Assembly: GCA_034780895.1 (NCBI GenBank)
Contig: JAUZTB010000075.1
Location: forward strand, 12,974,447-13,038,446
Direction: 5' to 3'
Origin: Rhynchobatus australiae
Taxonomy: Eukaryota
Length of the DNA stretch: 64,000 bases
Made by a program: the position numbers and the translations under genes. The stretch's first letter is position 1. Each line of letters opens with the position of its first letter. Of the stretch, positions 52,010 to 64,000 are shown piece after piece. The notes under the pieces are model-generated. The model saw only the letters and a program-made list of their open reading frames with translations. It did not search any database and had not been told where the DNA came from.

Positions 52010-52262
52010 CGATCTCTTGGNNNNNNNNNNNNNNNNNNNNNNNNNNNNNNNNNNNNNNNNNNNNNNNNNNNNNNNNNNNNNNNNNNNNNNNNNNNNNNNN
52101 NNNNNNNNNNNNNNNNNNNNGAACAGCCCGTAGATCAGAGAATCCTCTGTTACGCAGCTGCTGGGGATGAACCGGGACAAGGACCCCTGCATCTTTCGCC
52201 ACACCCTCTTCGCAAACCCACACTCCACAAAGAGGTGGGCGACCGTCTCGTCCCCCGCGCAG
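52010..52262 (-). mobile_element. Tx1/L1-like LINE ORF2 C-terminal zinc-binding fragment
   Basis: Peptide CAGDETVAHLFVECGFAKRVW (C..ET..HLF..C...VW, zf-RVT motif); locally CpG-rich. Confidence 0.75.
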
Positions 52263-54975
52263 TGATTACAAGGTTTTCCTAGAGATGGGGGAACATGCTG
52301 CAAAGGAAGTATAGATTTATTTCCTTCCACCTCAGCAAGGATTGCCATTTGCTTTCCCCTTCACAATATGCCAGTTTAGTAAAGACTACTTGGCCATTCA
52401 CATCTCCATTGGATGAGAGTTGTTAATTACAGGTCTTAGCCAGGTTACAACAGGGTTTTGTTCCTATTCATAACCTGAACAGTTTGAAAGTCAGAAATGA
52501 GGTTGCCTGGTATTATATTTAAATGAAAACATAGGCCAACCAAAGACCTGCAGTTAAGCCAGGGCATTTTACTCAGCCATTCAGGTATTGCTCTGAACTG
52601 AATTCCCACCCGGCAGAGGATGCCTGTAGCTCTGCAGCAGTTGGCAAGTCCATCCCGCCGGTCCCCCAAACGCTTGTTCATGTACAGGCTATACATAAAT
52701 TGGGCATTCATAAGCTGGGGAGGACCTGTAATTAGTTTTTGACCACTTCTAACCAGTCAGCCCAGCAACTGCTGTTAGTGAGCAAAAATGGAAGTGCTTT
52801 GGGGAAAGGGCAGAGGAATGAGACATTGAATTGCTTGGTTAAGAGCTGGCACAGACCTGTAGGCTGCATTGCCCTCCTTCTTGTGCTGCTATAATTCCAT
52901 GAGACATAATTATTTGTTGAAAAATACCAGCTGACTCCTTAGTCAGTATTTTAACAAAAAGTAGGCAATGGCTTGTTGGCACAAGTGCAGAGCAGAGTTT
53001 ATGGGAGGTCATGGGCTGGGAAGTCATAGAGTCATACAGCACGGGAAAAGGCCCTTTGACTCATCAAGTCCACGCCAACCATCAAGAACCCAACCACAGC
53101 AACCCCACTAGCCCCCAACTCCCAATGCTAGACTTTTCACCAATTTATTAAACAGAAGATTGTTCCATAAAGCTGTGCAGTTTCTTGGCCATTGTGCTTT
53201 TAAGCATTTAATTGTAGGATCATCTCTTGATCTATCCTTATTTCCATGTGTATAATCGACTGACCAACAGATTCCATTTTAATACAAGGGTTTCAGTTTC
53301 TGACATTTCCATGGGAATCATGTTGCAGAACCAGATAATCAGTGAAGTAAATTTAAAACAAAGATGCGGGAATTCTTAAATAGTTGTGGGGAATGGAGCA
53401 CATGTTGAAGGAAGAGCATTCTCCCTCTTCAGCCAGCCTTTGGTCCCTGCTGGGATCATCCTCATTGATCACTGGTGTGGGATCATTGCTGTTAGGTCAT
53501 TTTCGTTGTTCAGGTGATCTGGGATTGTCTTTTGTAGACTGGTCAGCAGGTTTCCCTCATTGTTCATTCTAACTAGAATCCCAGTTCAGTTTTCACTGGT
53601 CTTTAATTCGCTCTGGAATCCTTGTTGCGATTTTCCTTGTCATTCAATGATCCTATGATCAGTGTAGCAATGCTGTGGTCTCTGATTTTAATCAACAAGA
53701 ATTTCTGGAGCATGTATCTAAAGAGTCCTGTAGCTGTTGGATTTTACATGCAATACTTACTGAGGTTGCAGACTCAGCTTTTGATGTTGTACACTTCAGA
53801 CACCTAACCCTTGAAATGCTTAATTCCTTGTTGCTGCTGAAGCCCTAGAGGTGTTTTGGTTACTGTGGCTGAGCTTACATGTAGCATGACAATCCCCTTG
53901 CTTTCCAATAGCAAAAGCAACATGTGGTCTGATGATGGATAACATACAATAGCTGTACCTTGGCATCTTTTTATGTTGCTCCTTATCCTCTGAACCCTTC
54001 TCCTGGCATGGCATATTTTGGAAACCAAAGATACGAGATGTCCTCAAGTACTTGAAAGCTCAAAAATAGTGGAATTGATACTCCATTAAAAGCATTTTGT
54101 ATTCAACTCATATTGCTTTTGCAGCAAGGCTTGTTCAGTGAAAAAGGAAAAACTGTTCAGTGCAGATCCTGAGTGGCCTAATTGATTAAGCAGCCAAAGC
54201 TTGAAGGGAATTGCCCCCAGTGTGTGGGTGGTTGGAGAAATCAAAGCGGTGTTGATGGACATTTGACAAAGAATAGATTACAGTGAAATGTGGGTGAATG
54301 GGATTTATGCGTTTGCTCTAAAAACCAGCATAGACTCAAAGGGCTGAATGGCCTCTATGAAATGAGAAAATATGAAAACATCACCGACCCTCTGCCATTA
54401 AAACCCTCAGCATTGCCTTCTCTTTGGAGAAGTTTATGAAACTGCTTTGAGGTTTGAGTTCTAAGCATCTGTTTCAGGGGAAAAGGAGCAACAATGAGTA
54501 ACCCTCAGCTGTCAAAGTACAGCTGAATACTTTAGTCTGTCTCTGCTTCCTTCTGTCTGTCTCTATCTCTGGATTCATCCGCAAATTAAGAGAATGTATA
54601 ATTTGTTCAGAAACAACCTCAGGGTGAAATTGTTAAGTTGTTTCAAATGGACTTCCTTTCGACATGACAACACAGTCTTAAAGACTTGCCTTTTACACAT
54701 CCTACCATTTGCATTACATGTGCCTGAGTGCTTTCAGAAACTGGGCTTTCACTGGACTGAAAGGTATACTGGGTGTGGGTGAAAGTCAAGTGCACATTGT
54801 TGTGGCAGTGTAAAGTTCACCACAACAGGCTCCACAGTCTTGCTGAAAATTGTAGGATTTAATTGGGGACTTATGCAAACACACTCTGCCATTGAATCAA
54901 TATACAAAGCCAGCGGAGTTCAGGGAGTGCAGCATCTCTGACAGAGAGGATTAATCAGCTCTTGTTCTGTTCCAG

Positions 54976-56094
54976 GTTTCCCAAGAGATGCATCTGGCCT
55001 TTGTGTGGAGCAGTTCCAGTCATCTGCCAATAATGCCCCTGTTTTCTCTGGGATTGGCAAGTCTAAGGGGCCCGATGCTGAGAGTGTGAATTGGCCTAAC
55101 CCTACCAGCCGGAGTTCAGTGCACAGCAGTGACGAAGATTGTATTGAGGATGGTGGCGACCTCCTCGACAGTAGTGGCCACAGACCTCTCCTGTTGGATT
55201 CCGAAGAGGACGAGGATCCCAACAAACCCCAGAACTTGGTGAGCCATTCAGGAGAGATGGTAGAAGGACAGCTTAATCTTGACTGTTCAGGTGGGGCAGA
55301 CCTGCTGGAACAGCCACCCAAGCTCCACACAGAAAAGGGTGAGGAAACAGCAAGTGAGGCAGACGTGTTCTCTGCCGCTCCCTTCAAGAACACGAGGGCC
55401 ACTGAAACGGTGCAGGGTGCCGTTGATGTTTTTACCAAGGCTCCATTTAAAGTAAAAATGAATGCTGCTAGAAATCAAACTGAGGACACTGATGTCTTCG
55501 CAAGGGCACCGTTTTCAAAAAAGAAAACGCTGGCAACTTTGGAAGAGACAGTTGTGTGCTCACCGGTCCCAGAAGTACCCGAAGAGACATCTACTCAATC
55601 CCAGTTTGGAGGTGTTGCTCCAGACACCAATCAGATTTTTCAAAGTATGTTCCCTGGTTTTCAGGACTCGTGTGCTGGATCATCTGGTGGAGTCCAGCAC
55701 AGGGCTGCACCTTTCACAGCTGGCAACCTGCAAGATTCCATGGAAGCAAAGTCTAACCGAGAAGGAGACCCAATGAAGAGTTGCAGTAATTCCCAGACTC
55801 ACCAAATGCAAACCCCCAGCACTTTGCGAGCTCAAGAGNNNNNNNNNNTTGCTGCCTTCAGGGAGCTCCCAACCCTTTCATCCTCGCGCATTATCCAAGT
55901 ACTCCCGTCACTTCAAAGAAGAGGAGTGGCAGGGTCAGCTGCCCAATGCCTACGCAGTCGGTCCTGATATAATACAGGGGGCGCGAGGAGCCACTAACCC
56001 TGCCTCTCTGCACCCAAGGACTTCCCAAGTGCATGGGGCAGATCCGTTTGCTGCAGCTCCCTTTCCTACTAAATCCAGAAATCAGAAACCTTAA
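54976..56094 (+). CDS. AAK1: Alternative distal last exon of AAK1, about 370 aa, BMP2K-C-terminal-like tail (frame broken only by a 10-N gap)
   Basis: gttccag| acceptor is in phase 1 and in frame with the 320-aa ORF. Motifs HRPLLLDSEEDE, DVFSAAPF, DVFTKAPF, DVFARAPF. After the gap: ALSKYSRHF...DPFAAAPFPTKSRNQKP* (TAA 56092-56094). Confidence 0.85.
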
Positions 56095-59000
56095 CTTGCA
56101 ACCTGAATGGAAGTCAGAGATGGAGAGGGGTCTGGGTGGGAGCGGGACGGGTCCGCGGGTGGGGGAGGGGCGGGGGCAATGCAGCATCAGTTGAAATTGC
56201 AGTATCTCACTTTAACGCGCGGCCAGTTAAGGACAATGGGTCTTTTCCCTGTCACTTCAACAAAACTGTATCAACTTGTTACAATATCAAATCTCAGGCC
56301 TTGACTCTGCAAATGATCTCTGGCATTCAGGTCTACATGAGGCATAGTCCAACACAGTGACCACCTTGTCAAAGTACAAATTGGTTTGGGATTATATTAC
56401 AAATTCGGCTGAAGTGGTTCAGCTTTTCCCAGCCTCCGAGATGCACAAGAAGATGGGAAGTGCATCACCAGAGCAGGGAAAGGTCAGAAGTTCCTCTTTG
56501 TTTGCAGCAGAGATCTGTAAGGACTCTAGCCTTAGTTATGTTGAATGCCAGAACTTACCTCAAGCTGTTTGCAAAAGTCAAAAACTGGGATAACCAAAAA
56601 TCCACCAGAGAAGTGTTGTCCATTGCAGTGTTCACTAGTCCCACCGATTAGTCTCCATGTCAGTATGATTTTATTTTAAAACTGCATTGAATGTGTAAAT
56701 TTAAAACACAACCATGCAACAAAATTTTATTAAGCTGCCTAATTTGTAAATTGAAAGAAAAATGCAACTTAGCAGTGCCTTTTTAAAACTAATTTCTTTC
56801 CAAGGATTGAACATGTGCATTGAATTGGGATACTGCAACATGCAGAGTGGCACTGTACCAGCTACTGTACAGTGCTGCCCTCCAGAGGTGTGGAGTGTGG
56901 TTTATAGTGGCACTGTGTGCAGTGTAACCCTCTTTTAATGCACAATGGTCACAAGTTAGTGCTACAATCAGATTCCTTTGCTTACTGAGTAGTTCCAGAC
57001 AATGATATTCAAGTTGACCTCAGCTTGCATGATACCTTCATTTGAGTATTTGAGTGACTCTACTTAAGATCTCCATTTCTTGCAGTAGACAGAAGTAACC
57101 CTTTTGGAGGTCTGAATTAATTAATTTGCACCATGAATTGTCATGATTACCAAGATTTACCAGAAATGGTATAGTTAATGGAAGAAACACATGACCACTC
57201 CGTTCAATTGTTAGTGTACGGTCCTGTACACTGATCACTCCATTCAATTATCTGTGCAGAATGCTGTACATTAAGAGTAATCTCGAGTTGCACACTTATT
57301 AAAGTGATTTAAACAACATTTGATGTTAGATTTATTTTCCATGAATCATTATTCCGTAAGCCTGCATGAACTTGATTGTTGTCCATTGCAACCAAAACAA
57401 TGGCTTCTACCTCAGTGCTTGCTCTGGGGCAGTCACTGAGAGGAGAGGAATTAACATGTTAGTGGAAGGAAAGAAACTAATCCTGGCTGGTTCAGAAAGG
57501 GAGGTTGGGGCACGGTGCAGACGAGAGAAAAGGAAAATGTTTCCTGCAAGCTCCCTGAGATATCTGAATACACTGGCCGTGAAACTGGCAAAAATTGTTA
57601 GGATGCTGCTAAAAGAAATTGCCAAACAAAATAGATAACTTTTGTATCTTCACACCTATTGAGCTTTTTTTTAAATTACAGCCATCTAAAATTCAATGAT
57701 CTTTTAATTCTAAAGAAAAGTTTCTTGGCTTCTTGTCTTGCTTTCTCTAGCTGCTGGGATTCTGCCACGATTGAAGGTGTGTTCTGCCTTCATAAAATGA
57801 AGAATTCTTTCAAATCAGTGCAATCATTTTATGAAAATCTAGAACTGTGGGCTTTAAAAAATATCCAACAGATCCTAATTCAACCAAAATTGCTCAAGGA
57901 AATGAAGGGATATCTGTGTTGGAAGCAAAGGAGTGGCTGTTGGGTAAGAGATGATTTTACAATGTTGCAAGGGACCTATCAAAACTGGAAGAGTGGGAGA
58001 TCTATTACTAGTTGAGTGAGTCAGTGATGTTTCTGTCTGCTTGTAGCCTGGTGTTGAGGAAGGTGGCCTCTTCAACCAGGTTTCCAACCTGTAATACCTG
58101 CAGAAAAAACTGTGAAAGCTTGAAAGAAAAATGAAAATACTTGAAATGAACCAGAAAATATTTAAATACCCAGCAGGTCAGGCAGCATCTGAAGAGGAGA
58201 GGTAGTAATTATTTCAAATGAATAAGTTAATTGGAACTTGGAAAATGTTAGAGAGCAAGTTTTAAGATGCAGGAGCAAGGGGAGAACAGAACAAAAGGAA
58301 AGTCAACTACAGTGGAAGGTAGGAGATATTAAACAAGAAAAGGTATGGTAGTGCATGGCAATGGGGTAGCAATAAAACACCAGTGATGGTTCTTCATATC
58401 CAAATGGGCAAGGCAGAGCCATTATAAAAAAAAATAGTACTGCAAAATTTACAACCAGTCTGAAGAATATTATTGCCCCATGTGCTGTAGCTCATAAGAT
58501 GACTTGAACTTTGCATCTACCAGATGTCACATGTAATTTACCGCTCTATTAAAGTGAAAATTGTATTGATGTTGAAATGTCTCCACTCCAACTGAAAGTT
58601 GATTTTTAATACAAGGTGCCCTCATTATCAACTGTTTACACTTCAAATCAAAGTCAATGCATGTAGCTTGAAAAATATTTTTTTTGTGTGGATCATCTCT
58701 GCTCATAAAAATTTTCTCCAATCATGATGAATAAGGCATTACTTTTATGTAATACGTTTCCTCAAATACTGGCTATAAAATGGTCCTCAGATTACTCAAT
58801 GGCTCCAGTTAAAGAGAACAACATTCTCTTTGTACATTATGAATAAGAATAATGATCTTAAGTTTTATTGCACAAAACTAAATGATTCCACAACACTAGT
58901 AAGCAGCCATGAAAGGAATAAAGGAATTTTACATTTGGAGAGAAAAGAGCACCAGATGTATCCAGAAAATTGTCAGTAACAAAAGCTGGTCATTCAGACC

Positions 59001-60960
59001 ACTGCATTTATCTCGCCATTTGATTGCATCATGGCTGATCTGTGCCTTAATTCTATCTACTCACTTTGGTTCTGTAACCCTTGCTATTTCAAAACCAAGA
59101 TAGATTTTTGTTGGGCAATTTTCAATTGATTCCCTAATTTCAGCAAGGTTTCTTGAGGTGAGGATTACATATTTTCGCAATGCTTTGCACACAAGTGCTT
59201 ACTGACACCAACACCGGATGGATAGTTCTAATTTTATTATTATCATCCAGTTTTGTTCTGTCCTCTCTGCCAGAGGAAATGTGTGTCTGTTTGCTCTGAT
59301 CAAACCCTTAAGTCAGAAGCACAGTGGCATAATTGACCTTTTGATCTTCCACGTTTGTGAGGATACCTGAAACCTGCCTTCACAATTTAACTTTTAGCTT
59401 GTAAATGGGTTACTCTTATTCCAATATTCCTCACAAATGCTGAGTATTCTCATTACTGGCTTAAAATGACAAAGGTTGTGATATTTAACGCATTCTTCAC
59501 TATTTAAATGAAGGCCACTTATCAAAAGCATTCTAACCTCTTAGCATTTTAGCATAAGAAATAGTTTTCTGCTGGCTTCTGGCATATGTGGTTTGGTTTA
59601 CAATAAAAATGAAAACATGTGACCAATTGGTACAACAGCTTCCCAATTGCCCCTCCTTCCCTCATTCTCCCATTCCCTCAGAAAAGTTTGCACAAACTGT
59701 GCATGGGTGCTTGTAAAGAACAATCTAAGCATAGAACTAGCTACAAGGGGTGGTGAATTGGCCATTCTATCTTCAGAGGTCCTGTCGGATAGCCCGAGCC
59801 AACTATTCGGCACAATACATTACCCTGAATTCTGAGAATGCATTGTTTTCACCATTTGCTTTTTAGCAATTTGTTCCATATTTTAATCAAACTGAAAAAA
59901 ATTGCTTTGTTGCACTTCAAATCACCTTTCCTGACTTCCAAGGCACCCAGAGCTTTGAATAAATATGGTACTAAAATGACTTCAGTTGCAGTGAATTTCC
60001 CATCAGGATTTGGATTGACTTTGAAACTTTTTCTGCAACCTTTCCTCAAGCATGTTCTAACATGTGGAGATTTCAGGAAGCACACCCTCTTTTGGCTAAA
60101 AATATTATGAATGGAGATGACTCAAAACTGATGAACTTGTTTATTTTTAGGTAAATGATGCGGCATTGCTCTGTAAATTCATTGGTGGACTGTGTTATGA
60201 CTGTTAATACTTGAAATTAGTTGAAATGAAGAGCACTAATTTGTCCAGGTGAAGGATGTTTAGAGATTTTCTGCACAAACACGTTGCCCTCATTTAAGTA
60301 GAATGCATAATGGAGCATTGCTATATTTTTGCAGACCATTTGATGAGCTGATTGATTCACTAGTAGGTACAATAAAAACACTAACTTGTGATCAGTGAAA
60401 GCTCGTTCAGAAATGTAGATCAGAATTGTGGCAGGGCTGTGATGAATAGACCTTTTGAAAAATGATTGAAAAGAAAAGGCCGATGGCTTGGGTGGTGGGA
60501 ATGGGCCATAGAGAAAGATATGCTGTCAGTGCTATCATGGGAACTGCTCAAAATTGTCAACAGAACCAAGCCAGGTGGTGATTAGACAACAGTAGATACT
60601 GAAGTTTTTTTTGGTTAGTGGATTGACTCCTATTGAAGAGTTCCACCTTCACAAAGTTGCTTTGTGACCAAACTTCAGTTTTTGATTCAGAAACCCTGGT
60701 TCTGACAGATCAACTTTTTTCCCAGGATGGAGTTACTCTGACAGTTACATTCCTGCTATCTTAACATGCACTTTATTGGACGTGCATCTAAAAAAAATGA
60801 TTTCTGAACAGTGCTACTTTACTGTCTTAGGTAGACTAGCTTTCCTAGCCACAAACACATTGTTCATGAGAATATGCCTTTTTTTTCCTAACAAGTTTTA
60901 CAACACAGGAGGCCATTTGACCCATCAGATCCATGCCTAATCCTCTCAAGACCCTCTAAA

Positions 60961-61256
60961 AGGGCAGGCACGGTAGTGTAGCGGTTGGCGTAACACTATT
61001 ACAGTGTCGGTGACCCAGGTTCAATTCCTGTTGCTGTCTGTAAAGAGTTTGTACATTCTCAAAGTGACTGCGTGGGTTTCCTCCGGGTGCTCCAGTTTCC
61101 TCCCACATTCCAAAGATGTACGGATTAGGAAGTTGTGGGCATGCAATGTTGCTGCCGGAAGTGTGGCGACACTTGCGGGCTATGCCCAGAACGCTCTACG
61201 CAAAAATGCATTTCACTGTGTGTTTCGATGTACATGTGACTAATAAAGATATCTTA
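60961..61256 (+). mobile_element. tRNA-derived SINE with V-SINE-like body and Rex/L2-type tail
   Basis: A-box-like tagtgtagcgg, B-box ggttcaattcc, body gtgggtttcctccgggtgctcc, tail tttcactgtgtgtttcgatgtacatgtgactaataaa. Confidence 0.8.
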
Positions 61257-61547
61257 ATCCAATTCCCTCTCTTATTTCCCGATGACTTTATTCCTCTCCC
61301 ACATACCCACCAACTCTCATGTGACTCTTTTTGCCATTTATCTACACTTGGGGTAATTTACAGGAGCCAATTAACCTACCAACATATCTTTGGGATGTTA
61401 GGGGGTGGTGGGGGAATCAGAGCAACTGGCAGAAACCCACGCAGTCATAGGGAGAACACACAAACCACACAGACAGCACCCGAGGTCAGGACTCAACGTG
61501 GCTCATTGGAGATGTGATGCAACCGCAGGAACTGCTGTGCCATCCTT
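61257..61547 (-). mobile_element. Older V-SINE/HE1-like SINE on the minus strand (its tail continues at ~60895-60955)
   Basis: Reverse complement reads gagtcctgacctcgggtgctgtctgtgtgg...ttctccctatgactgcgtgggtttc, homologous to 20390-20450. Confidence 0.7.
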
Positions 61548-64000
61548 GGATCTGCCGCACTGATAGACTACTCTCCCTCATTCACGACTGTGAGTGGTTG
61601 GGGCTAGATCAAAGCAGTGCAGATAGTTACATGCTGCCCCTCACCCTGCCAGTATTCAGTGCCAACACAGTCATTCCAGCACACACACAGGAGTGGTGGG
61701 ACAGGGTAAGAAGAGAGGCGGGTTGACCTCAACTCTTCCAGACATTCAATACAAGTATTCTGCTCAACACAGTTTTACTTTTAACCCACCCCAGTTCATG
61801 GGGCAGTGAACATTTATCAATGATATCGGGCCTTTGTTTTAAAAAAAATGTTTTATTCTACAACCTTTTTAATGACCTAGACCGTTACCTTTTCAAAGCT
61901 GGTGACTGAGGAAATGTACCATAGTTAATGCTGCATCTATTTGGTGATTAATCTTACTGACATTATTAGATGTACATTCAACAAAAAATGCTTGATCCTT
62001 CGCTATCCAGGACTGTGCCCTGAAATTCAGGCTTTGCCTGAATCAATAAGTTATATTCCTGTGTTTTCCACGGTTCTATTAGCTGCTAAGACACTGCCAT
62101 TCCTCCCCATATCAATCATTTCACTGCCCGTCATGACCTTGAATTTACAATGGAATGTTATGATTAAAACTCTGCCCCCAGATATATGGCATTCTTTTGC
62201 TATTATGAAGGAATTTAGGTCAGTTTTAAGAATGCTCTTATGGACAAATCTTGTGTAAATGTTGGAAATATTTGATTAATATTCATACCAGAAAATTTCA
62301 GGGGTTATGTGTTTAATTTTTGAGACTGCAGAAAGACTTGACAGTTAACCAGGAAATACTTATGGTCTGTTTATGAACTACATTCCCTCATGGTCACAGT
62401 TAATAAATAACAAATCAACATAACATGTTTCCTCCAAGGGTTTCTGCATTATTTTCACAGGTCAGCTTATAGCTGCTTATCTCTATGGACTCTAATTTTC
62501 CAAAGACCATTATTGTCACTGGCAGCATTCCTGTCACCACCTCAGTTCTCAGAGCTCTTATCCTGTGGTAAGCAGATGAAGGATCAAAGTGTTGCTTACA
62601 ATTCCTGTTAAAACTTCTCCTTCCAGATCCCAAGCTGTGATTTACTAGGTTGTGGTTTGGTGTGTATTGGCAGACCAGTCACGAGTGAGTTGATGTGAGG
62701 ACAGGTCAGTATAAGACCACAGGATATATTGCTTCTATTATCACCTCCGCAATATCTCAATGGTGATGGGGAGTGGGTGCAGGAAACCTGCCTTTTCCTC
62801 ATCACTCTTGCATTCCAGAGACCCATCGATGTTAGAGGCCAGTCTTAGCTTTGTACCCACTGTCCAAAGCTAAATTGGAAAATTTGATTTTAAAATTAGC
62901 AAAGAGACAATCCGATCAGGATGTTTCCAAGCAGTGCTCTTCATTAAGCATTTAGAGGAAAATCTACAAAAGCAACTAACTTAAAATAACTAATAATTAC
63001 ACTGCATCGTGCAGTGATGAATTTAGTCAATTCCTCTGCCCTGGTTGAGGTTTGTCAGGTTATGTAATTTTCCTTTTTTAAACCCCTGTTTATACTGACA
63101 AATGATTACATTATACAGAAGTATTTGGGTCAAGTTATTGTGCATTGGAGAAGGTATCCAAAGAAAATCTTTGTAGGAGTCTAGAAGCTAATACCTTTTA
63201 TTTGTCTTTGTTTTATCTGAACTGGGTTTTGACTATAATTTTTTTTAACATGTTTGTCCGTGTGCCTCTATAAATCTTTATTCCACTGTTGTTCATTTTG
63301 ATTGTACTTTGGTGTTAAGTAGTACTGTATTCATCTAGTTTTCATGAAGAAATGGTGGGAATTTTAAAACCTCCATTAAAATGGTCTTGTTGAGAATGTA
63401 GTCCGAATTGCTTTATTTAAATGATTGCAGTCAACATAAACAAGGTCTGTGAGAGGCATCTTTGAAGTTTTGTGCTATCCTTTCTCTTTCCGCCCAGCCT
63501 GCACTCAAGGTGTTTACTCCTGAAGATAATGTTTCATGGGCATTCAGCATGTCTGCTTTCTGTCCTTGTGCTTTTCTGTTCCTCATTATGTGCCTTATAT
63601 GAATATTATTGCAATTTTTTTTGTGGTGTGTTCACACTGATGTATGAATGTACATACTGAGAGTGGAAGATTGGCACCAGTTGATAAACATACTACCTTT
63701 TCTATCTGTATTTGGCACTTTGGGTATAATGCTCAAAGCAGGGCATGGAATATACCTTCAGTTAAATTGCAGTACAACTGAAGCCTTTCCTCAAATGCAT
63801 TACCTCATTGATAATTCATGCATGACATCTCATCCATGTTCCCTTGATAACAGTTGCCTCTAAATTGAAGGTTGTGGGTTTAAATGTCTTGGCCATTTCA
63901 TCAGCACTGTCATTCTGCTGTCACAGTGCTGCACAGTTAAGCATCTTTCAGCATACGTACTGAAGTAAAGTTGAGTCATCTCCTTCCTGTGCTTTAGGAC

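Noticed and set aside
54920-55438. 172-aa minus-strand ORF
   Set aside because: Antisense shadow of the real + strand exon
57366-64000. Search for a neighbouring gene downstream of AAK1
   Set aside because: No recognisable coding exons on either strand; the short ORFs appear random

Overview
Vertebrate genomic DNA from a draft assembly with about 22 N-gaps. The repeat content (CR1 LINEs, V-SINE/HE1-like and Deu-domain SINEs, Penelope-like hairpin relics) points to a cartilaginous fish; this is an inference. The window holds the 3' two-thirds of one + strand gene, AAK1 (AP2-associated kinase 1, NAK family). It runs from the kinase C-lobe exon ([15 protein letters not shown]..., 4492) through two Gln-rich exons and a run of six short phase-1/phase-1 exons to the canonical last exon (...[11 protein letters not shown], stop at 41269). 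One expected exon (the 'HRRILSDV' exon) is absent and probably lies in the 21905-22004 gap. About 13.7 kb past the canonical stop there is a second, large, phase-compatible terminal coding exon (54976-56094). It encodes a BMP2K-C-terminus-like tail with repeated DVFxxAPF/DPFxxAPF motifs, which implies two mutually exclusive C-termini on top of a combinatorial cassette-exon array. The rest is intron or UTR with LINE, SINE and MITE fragments. Exon numbers follow human AAK1 as recalled from memory; no database search was run.
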